A stretch of 62,279 bases of DNA, filler included, from Chiloscyllium plagiosum (GCF_004010195.1; 5 parts of one record of this genome joined end to end with filler, not necessarily neighbours in it), one strand, 5' to 3'; positions 37,177 to 50,217 are shown, counted from the whole stretch's first letter. A program made the numbers and translations. Notes: generated by a model from the letters alone, not told the origin.

Positions 37177-37369
37177 TTAAAAATGTGTTGCTTGAAAAGC
37201 GCAGCAGGTGAGGCAACATCAAAGGAACAGGAGAATCTTCAGGGCTTCCTGAAGAAGGGCTTATGCCCGAAACGTCGATTCTCCTGTTCCTTTGATGCTG
37301 CCTGACCTGCTGCGCTTTTCCAGCAACACATTTTTAAGCTCTGATCTCCAGCATCTGCAGTCCTCACTT
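37177..37369. mobile_element. Palindromic PLE family A micro-insertion, up to 18-bp TSD
   Basis: tatccctggagaaggagc at 37159-37176 and 37370-37387. Confidence 0.9.
37246..37280 (+). ncRNA. Minimal hammerhead ribozyme motif
   Basis: UUC CUGAAGA A GGGC-UUAU-GCCC GAAAC GUC GAUU. Confidence 0.75.
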
Positions 37370-38294
37370 TATCCCTGGAGAAGGAGCACATGGTATCCAC
37401 CGTGTCTCTAGGGAGAGGTGGGCACCCACAGGGTGTGGACAGCCTTATTTCCCCCTCCAACTCTGTTTTGATTTAATCCCTCTGCTTGTCTTTACTTTTC
37501 GATCACATCTGCATTGCCCGATGGCACTCTGCCTGTTACTGGTCTCCTGGCCACTTGGCTGTTTCATTTCTGGTGGCGCAGTGTTAATAAAGTTATCTGC
37601 ACACATGGTGTTTAAAAACAAATAGGGACTTGTGGAACAGTGGCAATGTCCATACCTCTGAGCCAGAGGGCCCAGGTCCATGTCCCACCTTTGTCAGAGG
37701 TGTGCTGTCATATCCCTGAGCAGATTGATGAGAAAATATCTCCTGGTTCAGCCCCAGAATATTGTTAGTGAATCCCACTGTCCGGTGATCTATCCTGGTC
37801 ACATTAAAAAGTTGCCAGCACATGTAAAGAGAAACGTACTGACTGGACAGAATGGATTCAAGGGATATATATCTGTAATGTTTCACTCTGTGAATAAATT
37901 CATTTTAAGTAAAGACGAGCTCTGGTTTTCTTCTTCACAAAATGGCTCGTGGGAGTATAATAATAATTGGTACCTGGAGGAACATAAATATTACCAAAAT
38001 AAGACAGCAAGGTTTTTGCCTTGCATTTATCAGGACTGAAACACAAGAAACGAAGTTGAGAAAGATGGTGTTAATTTAGATCACATGAGAAAAGGATGCT
38101 GATTGGGCTATGGTTGGTTTGGATATCCAGCGGAAATTGTTAACTGTCAACTTTAGTTCACTAATTTAATACCAGGCTGGTAGGTAGACCCTGATTGGTC
38201 AAGTTATTGCTAGGGGAAGGCAGCAGGAATTGGCAGTCTCAGTAAAAAGGGTGTAATTCATTCACAAATTTCTTTTACCTCTACAAATTTCTTT

Positions 38295-39177
38295 TACCAA
38301 ACAGGTAGATGAGAATAAACCGGTTGATGTGGTGTATTTGGATTTCAGCAAGGTGTTCGATAAGGTTCCCCACAGTAGGCTTTTGTACAAAATGTGGAGG
38401 AATGGGATTGTGGGAGATACAGCAGTTTGGATCAGTAATTGGCTTGCTGAAAGAAGACGGAAGGTGGTGGTTGATGGGAAATGTTCACCCTGGAGTCCAG
38501 TTACCAGTGGTGTACCGCAAGGATCGGTGTTGGGTCCACTGCTGTTCGTAATTTTTATAAACGACCTGGATGAGGGTGTAGAAGGGTGGGTTAGTAAATT
38601 TGCAGACGACACTAAAGTCGGTGGGGTTGTGGATAGTGACAAAGGATGTTGTAGGTTACAGAGTGTACAGTTCTGGTCACCGCATTATAAGAAGAATGTG
38701 GAAGCTTTGGAAAGGGGGCAGAGAAGATTTACTAGGATGCTGCATAGTATGGATGGAAGATCTTATGAGGAAAGGCTGAGTGACTTGAGGTTGTTTTCGT
38801 TAGAGAGAAGAAAGTTGAGAGGTGACTTAATAGAGACATATAAGATAATCAGAGGGTTAGATAGGGTGGACAGGGAGAGCCTTTTTCCAAGTATGATGAG
38901 AGCGAGCATGAGGGGACATAGCTTTAAATTGAGGGGTGATAGATATAGGACAGATGTCAGAGGTAGTTTCTTTACTCAGAGAGTAGTAAGGGTATGGAAT
39001 GCTTTGCCTGCAACGGTAGTAAATTCGCCAACTTTAAGTACATGTAAGTCGTCATTGGACAAGCATATGGACGTACATGGAATAGTGTAGGTTAGATGGG
39101 CTTCCAACTCTTATGACAGGTGGGCGCAACATCGATGGCTGAAGGGCCTGTACTGCGCTGTAATGTTCTATGTTCTA
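38295..39177 (+). mobile_element. CR1 RT/3' end with internal deletion
   Basis: [31 protein letters not shown], then a jump to VQFWSP; tail gttctatgttctat. Confidence 0.92.
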
Positions 39178-39329
39178 TAAACATCAGAGTCCCATAGCTT
39201 CCAGCATGCACAAATGAATCTCACCGCGACTGGTAATCTTGAATGTGTTTCCAGTGTAATTCTTAGAACATTCAGGTTTATTTATTAAATGTTCAATATG
39301 GAATCAAATCTAATTTGTTTGATTCATTC

Positions 39330-39975
39330 ACGGGATATGGGCAGCACTGGCAAGACCAGCATTTATTTCCTGTTCCGGTTGCACCCAGTGAAGGTGGTGG
39401 TTACTACCTTCTTAGACTGTCAGACACAGGCCATTTGGCCCCTCGAGCCATTCAATAAGATCATGACTGATCCGAACCACTGAAGTTTACGTGCTGTAGG
39501 TAGACCCACAATGCCCGTGTGGCGGGGAGGGGTGGTAGTGTACAGAGTTCTGCAATTTTGACCCAGTGACTGTGAGCAAACACCAAACATTTCCAACTCA
39601 GTGGCTTGGATGGGAACTTGTAATAATGGTGTTCTCACATATTTGCTGCCTTGTCCTCCTAGATGGAAGTAGTCATGGGTTTGGAAGGTACTATCCAAGG
39701 ATCTTTGGTGAATTTCTGCAATACATCTTGTCAATAGTACACACTGCTGCTCTCGAGCATTGATGGTTGAGAAAGTGGGTGTGGTGCCAATCAAGCAGCT
39801 GCTTTGTCCTGGATGGTGTCAAGTTTCTTGAGTGTTGTTGGAGCTGCACCCATCCAGGTAAGTGGGGAGTATTCCATCACACTCCTGACCTGTGGCTTGT
39901 AGATGGTGGAGGGACTTTGGGGAGACAGGAGATGAGTTACTCACTGAAGTATTCCTAGCCTCTGGCTTGCAGCCA
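39330..39975 (-). mobile_element. 3' portion of the second LINE family
   Basis: Shares sequence with 2430-2570, 27990-28790 and (on +) 57160-57440. Confidence 0.65.
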
Positions 39976-40457
39976 CAGAGTGATCGAGATGTACAGCATG
40001 GAAACAGACCCTTCAGTCCAACTCGTCCATGCCAACCAGATATCCCAAACCCAATCTAGCCCCACCTGCCAGTACCCAGCCCATATCCTTCCAAACCCTT
40101 CCTACTCATATATTCATCCAGATGCCTTTTAAATGTTGCAATTGTACCAACCTCCGTCACTTCCTCTGGCAGCTCATTCCATGTACATACCACCTTCTAC
40201 GTGAAAACGTTGCCCCTTAGGTCTCTTTAATATCTTTCCCCTCTCACCCGAAACCTATGCTCTCTAGTTCTGGACTCCCCCACCCCAGGGAAAAGACTTT
40301 GTCTATTGATCCTATCCATGTCCGTCATGATTTTATAAACCTCTATAAGGTCACCTCTCAGCCTCCAACGCTCCAGGGAAAACAGCCTCAGCCTGTTCAG
40401 CCTCTCCCTATAGCTTAAACCCTCCAACCCTGGCAACATCCTTGTAAATCTTTTCTG

Positions 40458-41727
40458 TTTAAAAAGGGTAGTAGAGACAACCCTGGTAATTACAGACCAG
40501 TGAGTCTCACTCCAGTTGTTGGTAAAGTGTTGGAAAAGGTTATAAAAGATAGGATTTATAACCATCTAGAAAAGAATAATCTGATCAAGGACAGTCAACA
40601 CGGTTTTGTGAAGGGTAGATCGTGCCTAACGAATCTTATTGGGTTTTTTGACAAAGTGACCAAACAGATAGTTGAGAGTAAACCGGTTGATGTAGTGTAT
40701 ATGGATTTCAGCAAGGCATTCAATAAGGTTCCTCATAGTAGGCTACCGCAAGGGTCGGTATTGGGTCCACTGCGGTTCGTCATTTTTATAAATGACCTGG
40801 ATAAGGGCTTAGAAGGGTGGGTTAGTAAATTTGCAGATGACACTAAGGTCGGTGGAGTTGTGGATAGTGACAAAGGATGTAGTAGGTTGCAGAGAGACAT
40901 AGATAGGATGCAGAGCTGGGCTGAGAGGTGGCAAATGGAGTTTAATATGGACAAGTGTGAGGTGATACACTTTGGACGGAGTAATCGGAATGCAAAGTAC
41001 TGGGCTAATGGTAACATTCTTGGGAGTGCAGATGAGCAGAGAGATCTCGGTGTCCTTATACACAGATCCCTGAAAGTTGCCAACCAGATTGACAGGGTTA
41101 TTAAGAAGGCATACAGTATTTTGGCCTTTATTAATAGAGGGATTGAGTTCTGGAACAAGGAGGTTATGCTGCAGCTGTACAAAGCTCTAGTACAGCCACA
41201 CTTGGAGTATTTTGTACAGTTATGGTCACCACATTATAAGAAGGATGTGGAAGCTTTTGAAAGGGTGCAGAGGAGATTTACTAGGATGTTGCCTGGTATG
41301 GAGGGAATGTCTTACGAGGAAAGGCTGAGGGCCTTGAGGCTGTTCTCGTTAGAGAGAAGAAGGTTCAGAGGTGACTTAATAGAGACATACAAGATAATCA
41401 GAGGGTTAGGTAGGGTGGACAGGGAGAGCCTTTTTCCAAGTATGGGGACGGCAATCACGAGGGGACATAACTTTAAAGTGAGGGGAGATAGGTATAAGAC
41501 AGATGTCAGAGGTAGTTTCTTTACTCAGAGAGTAGTAAGGGTATGGAATGCTCTGTCTGCAACGGTAGTAGATTCACCAAGTTTAAGTGCATTTAAGTCG
41601 TCATTGGACAGGCATATGGACGTACATGGAATAGTGTAGGTGGGATGGGCTTCAGATTAGTATGACAGGGCAGCGCAACATCGAGGGCCGAAGGGCCTGT
41701 ACTGCGCTGAAATGTTCTATGGTCTAT
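40458..41727 (+). mobile_element. CR1 RT/3' end (nested)
   Basis: ORF 40500-41639 with RT motifs; 3' tail gttctatggtctat. Confidence 0.92.
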
Positions 41728-42350
41728 GAACCCTTTCAAGTTTCACAACATCTTTCCGATAGGAAGGAGACCAGAAATGCACGCAATATTCCAAATGTAG
41801 CCTAACCAATGTCCTGTACAGCCGCAACATGACCTCCCAACTCCTGTACTCAGTACTCTGACCAATAAAAGAAAGCATACCAAACACCTTCTTCACTATC
41901 CTATCTACCTGCAAATCCACTTTCAGGGAGCTATGAACCTGCACTCCAAGATCTTTGTTCAGCAACACTCCCTCGGACCTTACCATTAAGTGTATAAGTC
42001 CTGCTAAGATTTGCTTTCCCAAAATGCAACACCTCGCCTTTATCTAAATTAAACTCCATCTACCACTTCTCAGCCCATTGGCCCACCTGATCAAGATCCC
42101 ATTGTAATCTGAGGTAACCTTCTTCGCTGTCCACTACACCTCCAATTTTGGTGTCATCTGCAAACTTACTAACTGTACTTCTTATGTTCACATCCAAATG
42201 GCTAATTCTCCCTGTATTCCATGAGATCTAACCTTGCTCACCAGTCTTCCATGGAGAATCTTGTCAAATGCCTTACTGAAGTCCATAAAGATCACGTCCA
42301 CCGCTCTGTCCTCATCAATCCTCTATGTTACTTCTTCTAAAAACTCAATC

Positions 42351-43143
42351 AGAGAGATGGCAGATGGAGTTCAACCTGGATAAATGCGAGGTGATGCATT
42401 TTGGAAGGTCGAATTTGTAAGTTGAGTACAGGATTAAGGATAGGATTCTTGGCAGTGTGGAGGAACAGAGGGATCTTGGTGTGCAGGTACATAGATCCCT
42501 TAAAATGGCCACCCAAGTGGACATTGTTAAGAAAGCATATGGTGTTTTGGCTTTCATTAACAAGGGTATTGAGTTTAAGAGTCTTGAGATCTTGTTGCAG
42601 CTCTATTAAACGTTGGTTAGACCGCACTTGGAATACTGCGTCCAGTTCTGGTCACCCTATTATAGGAAAGATGTGGATGCTTTGGAGAGGGTTCAGAGAA
42701 GGTTTACCAGAATGCTGCCTGGACTGGAGGGCTTATCTTATGAAGAGAGGTTGACTGAGCTCAGACTTTTTTCATTGGAGAAAAGGAGGAGGAGAGGGGA
42801 CCTAATTGAGGTATACAAGATAATGAGAGGCATAGATAGAGTCGATAGCCAGAGACTATTTCCCAGGGCAGAAATGACTAACACGAGGGGTCATAGTTTT
42901 AAGCTGGTTGGAGGAAAGTATAGAGGGGATGACAGAGGCGGGTTCTTTACACAGAGAGTTGTGAGAACATGGAATGCGTTGCCAGCAGCAGTTGTGGAGG
43001 CAAGGTCATTGGGGACATTTAAGAGACTGCTGGACATGCATATGGTCACAGAAATTTGAGAGTGCATACATGAGGATCAAAGGTCGGCACAACATCGTGG
43101 GCTGAAGGGCCTGTTCTGTGCTGTACTGTTCTATGTTCTATTT
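42351..43143 (+). mobile_element. CR1 3' fragment (nested)
   Basis: RPHLEYCVQFWSPYYRKDV...WNALP; tail gttctatgttctat. Confidence 0.9.
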
Positions 43144-43606
43144 AAGTTTGTGAGACATGATTTCCCACACACAAAGCCATGCTGACTATCCGTAATCAGT
43201 CCTTGCCTTTCCAAATACATGTACATCCTGTCCCTCAGGATTCCCTCCAACAACTTGCCCACCACCGAGGTCAGGCTCACTGGTCTATAGTTCTCTGGCT
43301 TGTCCTCACCACCCTTCTTAAACAGTGGCACCACGTTAGCCAACCTCCAGTCTTCCAGCACCTCACCTGTGACTATCAATGATACAGGGTGAGTCTAGTT
43401 TAGTTTCTAGTAAATATTAACGCTCAGAATGTTGATGCTGGGGTAATCATTGCTGGTGAGGTCATTGAATGTCATGGGGCGGTGGTTATATTGTCTCTTT
43501 TTACTCATTTGTCTGATACATGTTTTAATTGAGGGCAGTTTCCTTACTAATTCATTGGAACCAATAAATGGGCATCAAGATCCACTCAAACAGCACTAGT
43601 ACCCAC

Positions 43607-43748
43607 AGTCAGAAGTCACACAACATCAGTTGACGAAGGAGCAGTGCTCCAAAATCTTGTGATTTCAAATAAACTTATTGGATTATAAACTGGTATCGTG
43701 TGACTTCTGACTTCATCCACCCCAGTCCAGTACTGGCACCTCCACATC
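43607..43748. mobile_element. PLE family B micro-element with short inverted arm and degenerate hammerhead
   Basis: agtcagaagtcacac ... gtgtgacttctgact; uUGAcGA A GGAGC-AGU-GCUCC aAAA; tail homologous to 50096-50160. Confidence 0.75.
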
Positions 43749-43934
43749 GTTACTACCCATGAGAGAGGGAACAAGGGAAGGGGGCTGAGGTAAAGCATGA
43801 ATTGGGGAACAGGAGGGGGAGAGAGTAAATTGGGAATGGGAAATTGAGGGATTGAAAGAAGTGGAGGAGGCAAAGAAAGATGGTAAAATCCTCAAAATCA
43901 AGTAATATCAGTCAAAATGTTTCCAAACATTGAT

Positions 43935-44780
43935 CCCAGATTACAACAGGGTCTTGATCAGATGGGCCAATGGGCTGAGAAGTGGCAATGGAGTTTAATT
44001 TAGATAAGTGTGAGGTGCTCCATTTTGGGAAAGCAAATCTTAGCAGGACTTTTACGCTTAATGGTAAGGTCCTAGGGAGTGTTGCTGAACAAAGAGACCT
44101 CGGAGTGCAGGTTCATAGCTCCTTGAAAGTGGAGTCGCAGATAGATAGGATAGTGAAGAAGACGTTTGGTATGCTTTCCTTTATTGGTCAGGGTATTGAG
44201 TACAGGAGTTGGGAGGTCATGTTGCGGCTGTACAGGACATTGGTTAGGCTACTGTTGGAATATTGCATGCAATTCTGGTCTCCTTCCTATCAGATGGACG
44301 TTGTGAAACTTGAAAGGGTTCAGAAAAGATTTATAAGGATGTTACCAGGGTTGGAGGATTTGAGTTATAAGCAGAGGTTATTTTCCCTGGAGCATTGGAG
44401 GCTGAGGGGTGACCTTATGGAGGTCTAAAAAATCATGATAGGCATGGATAGGATAAATAGACAAAGTCTTTTCCCTGGGGTCGGGGAGTCCAGAACTAGA
44501 GGGAATAGGTTTAGGGTGGAAGGGGAAAGATATCAAAGAGACCTAAGTGGCAACGTTTTCACGTAGAAGGTGGTATGTATATGGAATGAGCTACCAGAAG
44601 AAGTGGTGGAGGCTGGTACAATTGCAACATTTAAAAGGCATCTGGATGGGTATATGAATAGGAAGGGTTTGGAGGGATATGGGCCGGGTGCTAGCAAGTG
44701 GAACTAGACTGGGTTGGGATATCTGGTCGGCATGGACAAGTTGGACCAAAGGGTCAGTTTCCATGCTGTACATTTCTATG
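43935..44780 (+). mobile_element. CR1 3' fragment
   Basis: MEFNLDKCEVLHFG...LEYCMQFWSP. Confidence 0.9.
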
Positions 44781-44891
44781 ATAGTGTGACTCAAGCTTAC
44801 ATTTGCCTTTTTAGGGAGAGACAAAGAATGAGATAGCAATTACTCTCGGTATAGCCCTTCGCCAGGTGGACGGTAAAGTGAAGTGGGTTAG

Positions 44892-46220
44892 AACATAGAA
44901 CGTAGAACAATACAGCACAGAACAGGCCCTTTGGCCCACGATGTTGTGCCGAACATTTGTCCTAGCTTAAGCACCCATCCATGTACCTATCCAATTGCCG
45001 CTTAAAGGTCGCCAATGATTCTGCCTCTGCCACTCTCACAGGCAGCGCATTCCATGCCCCCACTACTCTCTGGGTAAAGAACCTACTCCTAACATCCCCC
45101 TTATACCTTCCACCCTTCACCTTAAATTTATGTCCCCTTGTAATACTCTGTTGTACCCGGGGAAAAAGTCTCTGACTGTCTACTCTATCTATTCCCCTGA
45201 TCATCTTATAAACCTCTATCAAGTCACCCCTCATCCTTCGGCGTTCCAATGAGAAAAGGCCTAGCACTCTCAACCTATCCTCGTACGACCTATTCTCCAT
45301 TCCAGGCAACATCCTGGTAAATCTCCTCTGCACCCTCTCCAAACTTCCACATCTTTCCTAAAGTGAGGCGACCAGAACTACACACAGTACTCCAAATGTG
45401 GCCTNNNNNNNNNNNNNNNNNNNNNNNNNNNNNNNNNNNNNNNNNNNNTTAATTAATTAANNNNNNNNNNNNNNNNNNNNNNNNNNNNNNNNNNNNNNNN
45501 NNNNCCTCTCCCCCTTTCCCTTCTGGGCCTCAGAGCCGGACTTCGTGCCAGAGACCCGGTCACTGCAGCTTACCCCTGCTAGGCCTTCCCCCCCCCCCCC
45601 CAACAGTATCCAAATCGGATACTTATTGTTGATGGGAACGACCACAGGGGATCCCTGCACTGCCTGCTTCCTCCCCTTTCCCACCTCTAACTGTTACCCA
45701 GTTATCTTTGTTCTCTGGCGTAACTATGTCCCTGTAGCTTCTATCTATCACCCTCTCAGCCTCTCGAATAATTCTCAGTTCATCCAACTCCAGCTCCAGT
45801 TCCCTAACGCGTTCTGTGAGGAGCTGGAGCTGGCTGCACTTCCTGCAGGTGAAGTCGGCAGGAGCATCGGTGGTCACCCCTACCTCAAACATCCTGCAGG
45901 AGGAACATTCCACTGCCTGCACTGCCATTACTCTACACTTAGTCTCCAAAACAAGAACACTGAGTAGCTTACCTGTTCAGCCGAACTGAGTCCTTTTTTT
46001 TAGGTTAGAGGAGAGGGAGGGTGGGAGACACTACACGTGTAGTGTCTCGGGTTCCTTCTCCACTCAAACTTCTTACCTTCCCAGAAGCTTCTGTTGATGA
46101 CTTCCGGGTTCCCGCTCCTAGTTGAAAAAAAACACAGACTGCGAAAAGAAAAACGTTAATTTAAACTGGTCTCTGCTTACCTTCTGGCTCCCCTCTCTGT
46201 GCGCCCGCTGTAAAACTGTA
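44892..46220 (-). mobile_element. Probably full-length CR1 (5' UTR and ORF1 start, gap, 3' end)
   Basis: ORF1 MAVQAVECSSCRMFEV...FTCRKCSQLQLLTERVRELELELDEL (Zn-binding plus coiled coil); 3' end at 44892-45404; possible TSD gggttag at 44885-44891 and 46221-46227. Confidence 0.75.
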
Positions 46221-46301
46221 GGGTTAGTAAGATAAGTGGGACTGACACATTCTGTGACAAAGCAAAACCTGCAGACAAAAATTATAGATGAGCAACCATA
46301 C

Positions 46302-46739
46302 CTCGACATCAAAGAGAGTGGAACCATAGCCCGGCCACTCCATGATAATGGCCATGTACCTCAGCATGGCTTGCTGCTGAGTCATACCCCGAAGCCTTTT
46401 CCACTTATCGGCAATGCTTGTGCGTGTAGCAGACAGTTCTTCTTTCAACCACATCTCCAACATTTGCTCCTCTTCCATCTTTTGTTTCTTCACGGAGCCT
46501 GTGCGAAGGCCAAAGCGCAATGTCCCCTCCAGAAAACTGGTCCTCCTCTTCAGGGTCTGTGAGTTGAATTTTGTGGATTGCAAGATCTTGTTTCTCAGCT
46601 TGGAGACAGGATAAACTTCTTGGAGATTCAAGGAGCCCTTGTTGAAATCTCCATGAATGTATTGCAGTCTCAAAGCTGCTAAAAGCTGCAGAGTATCCTC
46701 GGGAGCAGGGAAATGTCCACTGAGTAAACTCTCATGGGC
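46302..46739 (-). CDS. Myosin-X-like protein, FERM F2 exon
   Basis: ttccag|GCC...GAG|gtatgg. AHESLLSGHFPAPEDTLQLLAALRLQY...RRTSFLEGTLR...EEEQMLEMWLKEE...EWPGYGSTLFDVE. Confidence 0.95.
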
Positions 46740-46773
46740 CTGGAAGGAGGGAAAAGGTGGGTTAAGCAGGTTA

Positions 46774-46917
46774 CAGAAACAGACACTGATGGTGAAACTC
46801 AACAATTCTGGCAGCATCTGTGGACAGAAAGCAGAGTTAATGTTTTCAGTCTGGTGACTCTTCAGAATTTCTGTTTTTGTTTAAATCTCCAGCATCTACA
46901 GTTCTTCGTTCTATTTA
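46774..46917. mobile_element. PLE family C micro-element next to the myosin-X-like splice acceptor
   Basis: Degenerate hammerhead on - (CUGAAGAGUC-ACCA-GACU-gAAAACAUU); imperfect TSD gttaagcaggtta / gttaagtcggtta. Confidence 0.6.
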
Positions 46918-49900
46918 GTTAAGTCGGTTAATTCTTTCTCCGTTTTGAACAAGGGACCATTATTCCCCAGTCACTGTAAAAGTGGAAGAGATTGTTGCAT
47001 GTCAGTGGATAGCTACCTTGCAGTCAGCTGCCTGCTCTCCCACTCCAGCTTGCTGCAATGGTGTTTGCCATAGAGTCATAGAGATGTACAGCATGGAAAC
47101 AGACCCTTTGGTCCAACCCGTCCATGCCGATCAGACATCCCACCTGCCAGCACCCGGCCCATATCCCTCCAAACCCTTCCTATTCATATATCAATCCAAA
47201 TGCCTCTTAAATGTTGCAATTTGGAGCTCAGACAGTAATTTCCCAGCTGGTGGGTTGCTAATCCAAGCACCAGGCAAGAGAACTTTAACAAAGAGGTTGG
47301 TATCATGGTAAGGGTTATGTGTCCTGCTCTTACCAATGACCTTATGTATTTCAATACAATAATGCGATTCGAAGCCATGCTCAGAAAGCTATGTGTAGGG
47401 TTCGTGAATACTAATCTGGTGAAATTAACATTATTCCACCATTACCTCCCACAACTGACCTTCTGAATATTTTCCTAATCCACCCTCTCAGAGATATTAC
47501 AAATTGTGAGGGAAGTGGAACTTGAACTTGAGCCTCCTAACTCAGGTGAAGACACTACCACTGACCTTCTGCAGGTTAGTGACGTATAAAGGGCCATTGT
47601 GATCAATAAAGAATTTAAAAGAAACTAGACTCGTTCACATTGGGTTCTCTAAACACTCCCCTTGCACTCTCCTCTGGCAGGGGAAACCTCAGGAGACAGC
47701 ACATGTACACAGACTGGATTTCTGAATATCTCGCCACTCATGGTAACTGAACAGCATGAGGGTACAGCAACACCCGTACTTTTTGCTGGTCATCAAGCAG
47801 GAACCCATTTAATCTCATCTGTGTCTGAACCTTAACACGTAGTTCCACCTGAGACACTTGGTGCTGCGATGAGAATTCCCAACACAGAGGGGGAGGGGGT
47901 GCCTTCGAATGGACCTTAACACAAGGACGACTACTGATTACAAGGATTAGCCAAAGGCAGACAGAACTGGGGAATCTGCAAGATGAACAACACACTCAGA
48001 GGTTTCAGGAGCTCCACCATTACTATGGGCTCTGAGTCACAGGGACTTCCAAACCAAACCATTTTACAAGATGTCCTGGCGACATGGGAGATTGTGCCAC
48101 TGGCACCAGTTGGAACCCATCATCACCAGTCTACCACTCACAGTCTACCTTTCCTCATAAGACCTTCCCTCCATACCACTCTATCCTGGGAACATAGAAC
48201 ATTGCAGCGCAGTACAGGCCCTTTGGCCTTCAATGTTGTGCTGACCTGTGAAACCAATCTGAAGCCCATCTAACCTGCACTATTCCATTGTCATCCATAT
48301 GTTTATTCAATGACCATTTCAATGCCCTTAAAGTTGGTGAGTCTACTACTGTTGCAGGCAGGCATTCCACGCCCTTACCACTCTCTGAGTAAAGAACCTA
48401 CTTCTGACATCTATCCTATATCTATCACCCCTCAGTTTAAATCTATGTCCCCTTCTGCTAGCCATCAACATCCAAGGAAAAAGGATCTCACCGTCCACCT
48501 TATCTAACCCTCTGATTATCTTGCATGTCTCTATTAAGTCACCTCTCAACGTTCTCTCTAACGAAAACAGCCTCAAGTCTCTCAGCCTTCCCTCCATTCC
48601 AGGCAACATCCTGGTAAATCTCCTCCTAACCCTTTCCAAAACTTCCACATCCTTCCTATAATGCAGTGACCAGAACTGTACGCAATACTCCAAGTGCGGT
48701 CGCACCAGAGTTTTATACAGCTGCAGCAATGACCTCATTATTCGAAACTCAATCTCTCTACCAATAAAAGCTAACACACCATATGCCTTCTTAACAACCC
48801 AATCAACCTGGGTGGCAACCTTTAGGGATTTATGCACATGGACACTGAGATCTCTCTGCTCATTCACACTACGAAGAAACTTACCATTAGCCCAGTACTG
48901 TGTATTCCTGTTACTTCTTCCGAAGTGAACTACCCCACACTTTTCTGCATTAAATTCCATTTGCCACCTCTCAGCCCAGCTCTGCAGTTTATCTATGTCC
49001 CTCTGTAACCTGCAATATCCTTCCGCACTATCCACAACTCCACAGACTTTAGTGTCATCTGCAAATTTACTAACCTATCCTTTTCAGCCATCATCCAGGT
49101 CATTTATAAAAATGACAAACAGCAGTGGCCCCAAAACAGATCCTTGCAGTACACCATGAGTAACTGAACTCCAGGATGAATATTTCCCATCAACCACCAC
49201 CCTCTATCTTCTTTCAACCAGCCAATTTCTGATCCAAACCACTAAAGCACCCTCAATCCCATGCCTCTGTATTAGCCTACTGTGGGGAACCTTATCAAAC
49301 ACCTTACTGAAATCCACATAAACCACATTAACCGCTTTACCCTCATCTACCTGCTTGGTCACCATCTCAAAGAACTCAATAAGATTTGTGGGGCACGACC
49401 TACCCTTCACAAAACTGTATTGGCTATCCCTAATCAAATTATTTATTTCTAGATGATTATAAATCCTATCTCTTATAATCCTTTCCAACCCTTTACCCAC
49501 AACTAAAGTAAGGCTCACTAGTCTATAATTACCAGGGTTGTTCCTATTCCCCTTCTTGAACAAGGGGACAACATTTGCTATCCTCCAGTCTTCTGGCACT
49601 ATTCCTGTAGTCAATGACGATATAAAGATTAAAGCCAAAGGCTCTGCAATCTCCTCCCTAGCTTTCCAGAGAATCCAAGGAAAAATCCATCTGGCCCAGG
49701 GTGTTTATCTATTTTCACACTTTCCAGAATTGCTAACACATTCTTCTTATGAACCTCAATCCCATCTAGTTTAACAGCCTGAATCTCAGTAATCTCCTCA
49801 ACAACATTGTCTTTTTCCAGTGTGAACACTGATGAAAAATATTCATTTAGCGCCTCTCCTATCTCTTCAGACTCTATGCACAACTTCCCACTGCTGTCCT

Positions 49901-50182
49901 TGGCTGGCCCTAATCTTACTCTAGTCATTCTTTTATTCCTGACATACCTATAGAAAGCTTTAGGATTTCCTTGATCCTATGCCAAAGACTTTCCATGTCT
50001 CCTCCTGGATTCTTAGCTCTCTCTTTAGGTCTTTTCTGGCAAACTTGTGATTCTCAAGTACCCTAACTGAGCCTTCACGTCTCATTCTAACATAATTCGG
50101 AGATGCCGGTGTTGGACTGGGGTGTACAATGTTAAAAATCACACAACACCAGGTTATACTCCAACAGGTTTAATTGGAAGCA

Positions 50183-50217
50183 CACTAGCTTTCGGAGCAC
50201 TGCTCCTTCATCAGGTG
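50183..50217 (-). ncRNA. Minimal hammerhead ribozyme motif (family B)
   Basis: CAC CUGAUGA A GGAGC-AGU-GCUCC GAAA GC UA GUG; stem I CAC/GUG. Confidence 0.8.

Larger units (their letters stand above)
36830..37470 (+). mobile_element. Tx1/L1-type LINE ORF2 C-terminal fragment
   Basis: CLFCNAVETMDHVYVGC (CCHC), then ILIFGH...DLLMGLLLGLTRLAINRS. Confidence 0.7.
39978..43385 (-). mobile_element. CR1 copy split into three pieces (39978-40457, 41728-42350, 43144-43385) by two younger + strand CR1 insertions
   Basis: Joins restore ...aaatcttttctg|aaccctttcaag... and ...aaactcaatc|aagtttgtgagac... Confidence 0.85.

Noticed and set aside
40500..41639. 379-aa RT ORF as an active or domesticated gene
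   Set aside because: A 5'-truncated CR1 with an internal deletion (KVPHSRL|PQGSVLGP) and no endonuclease.
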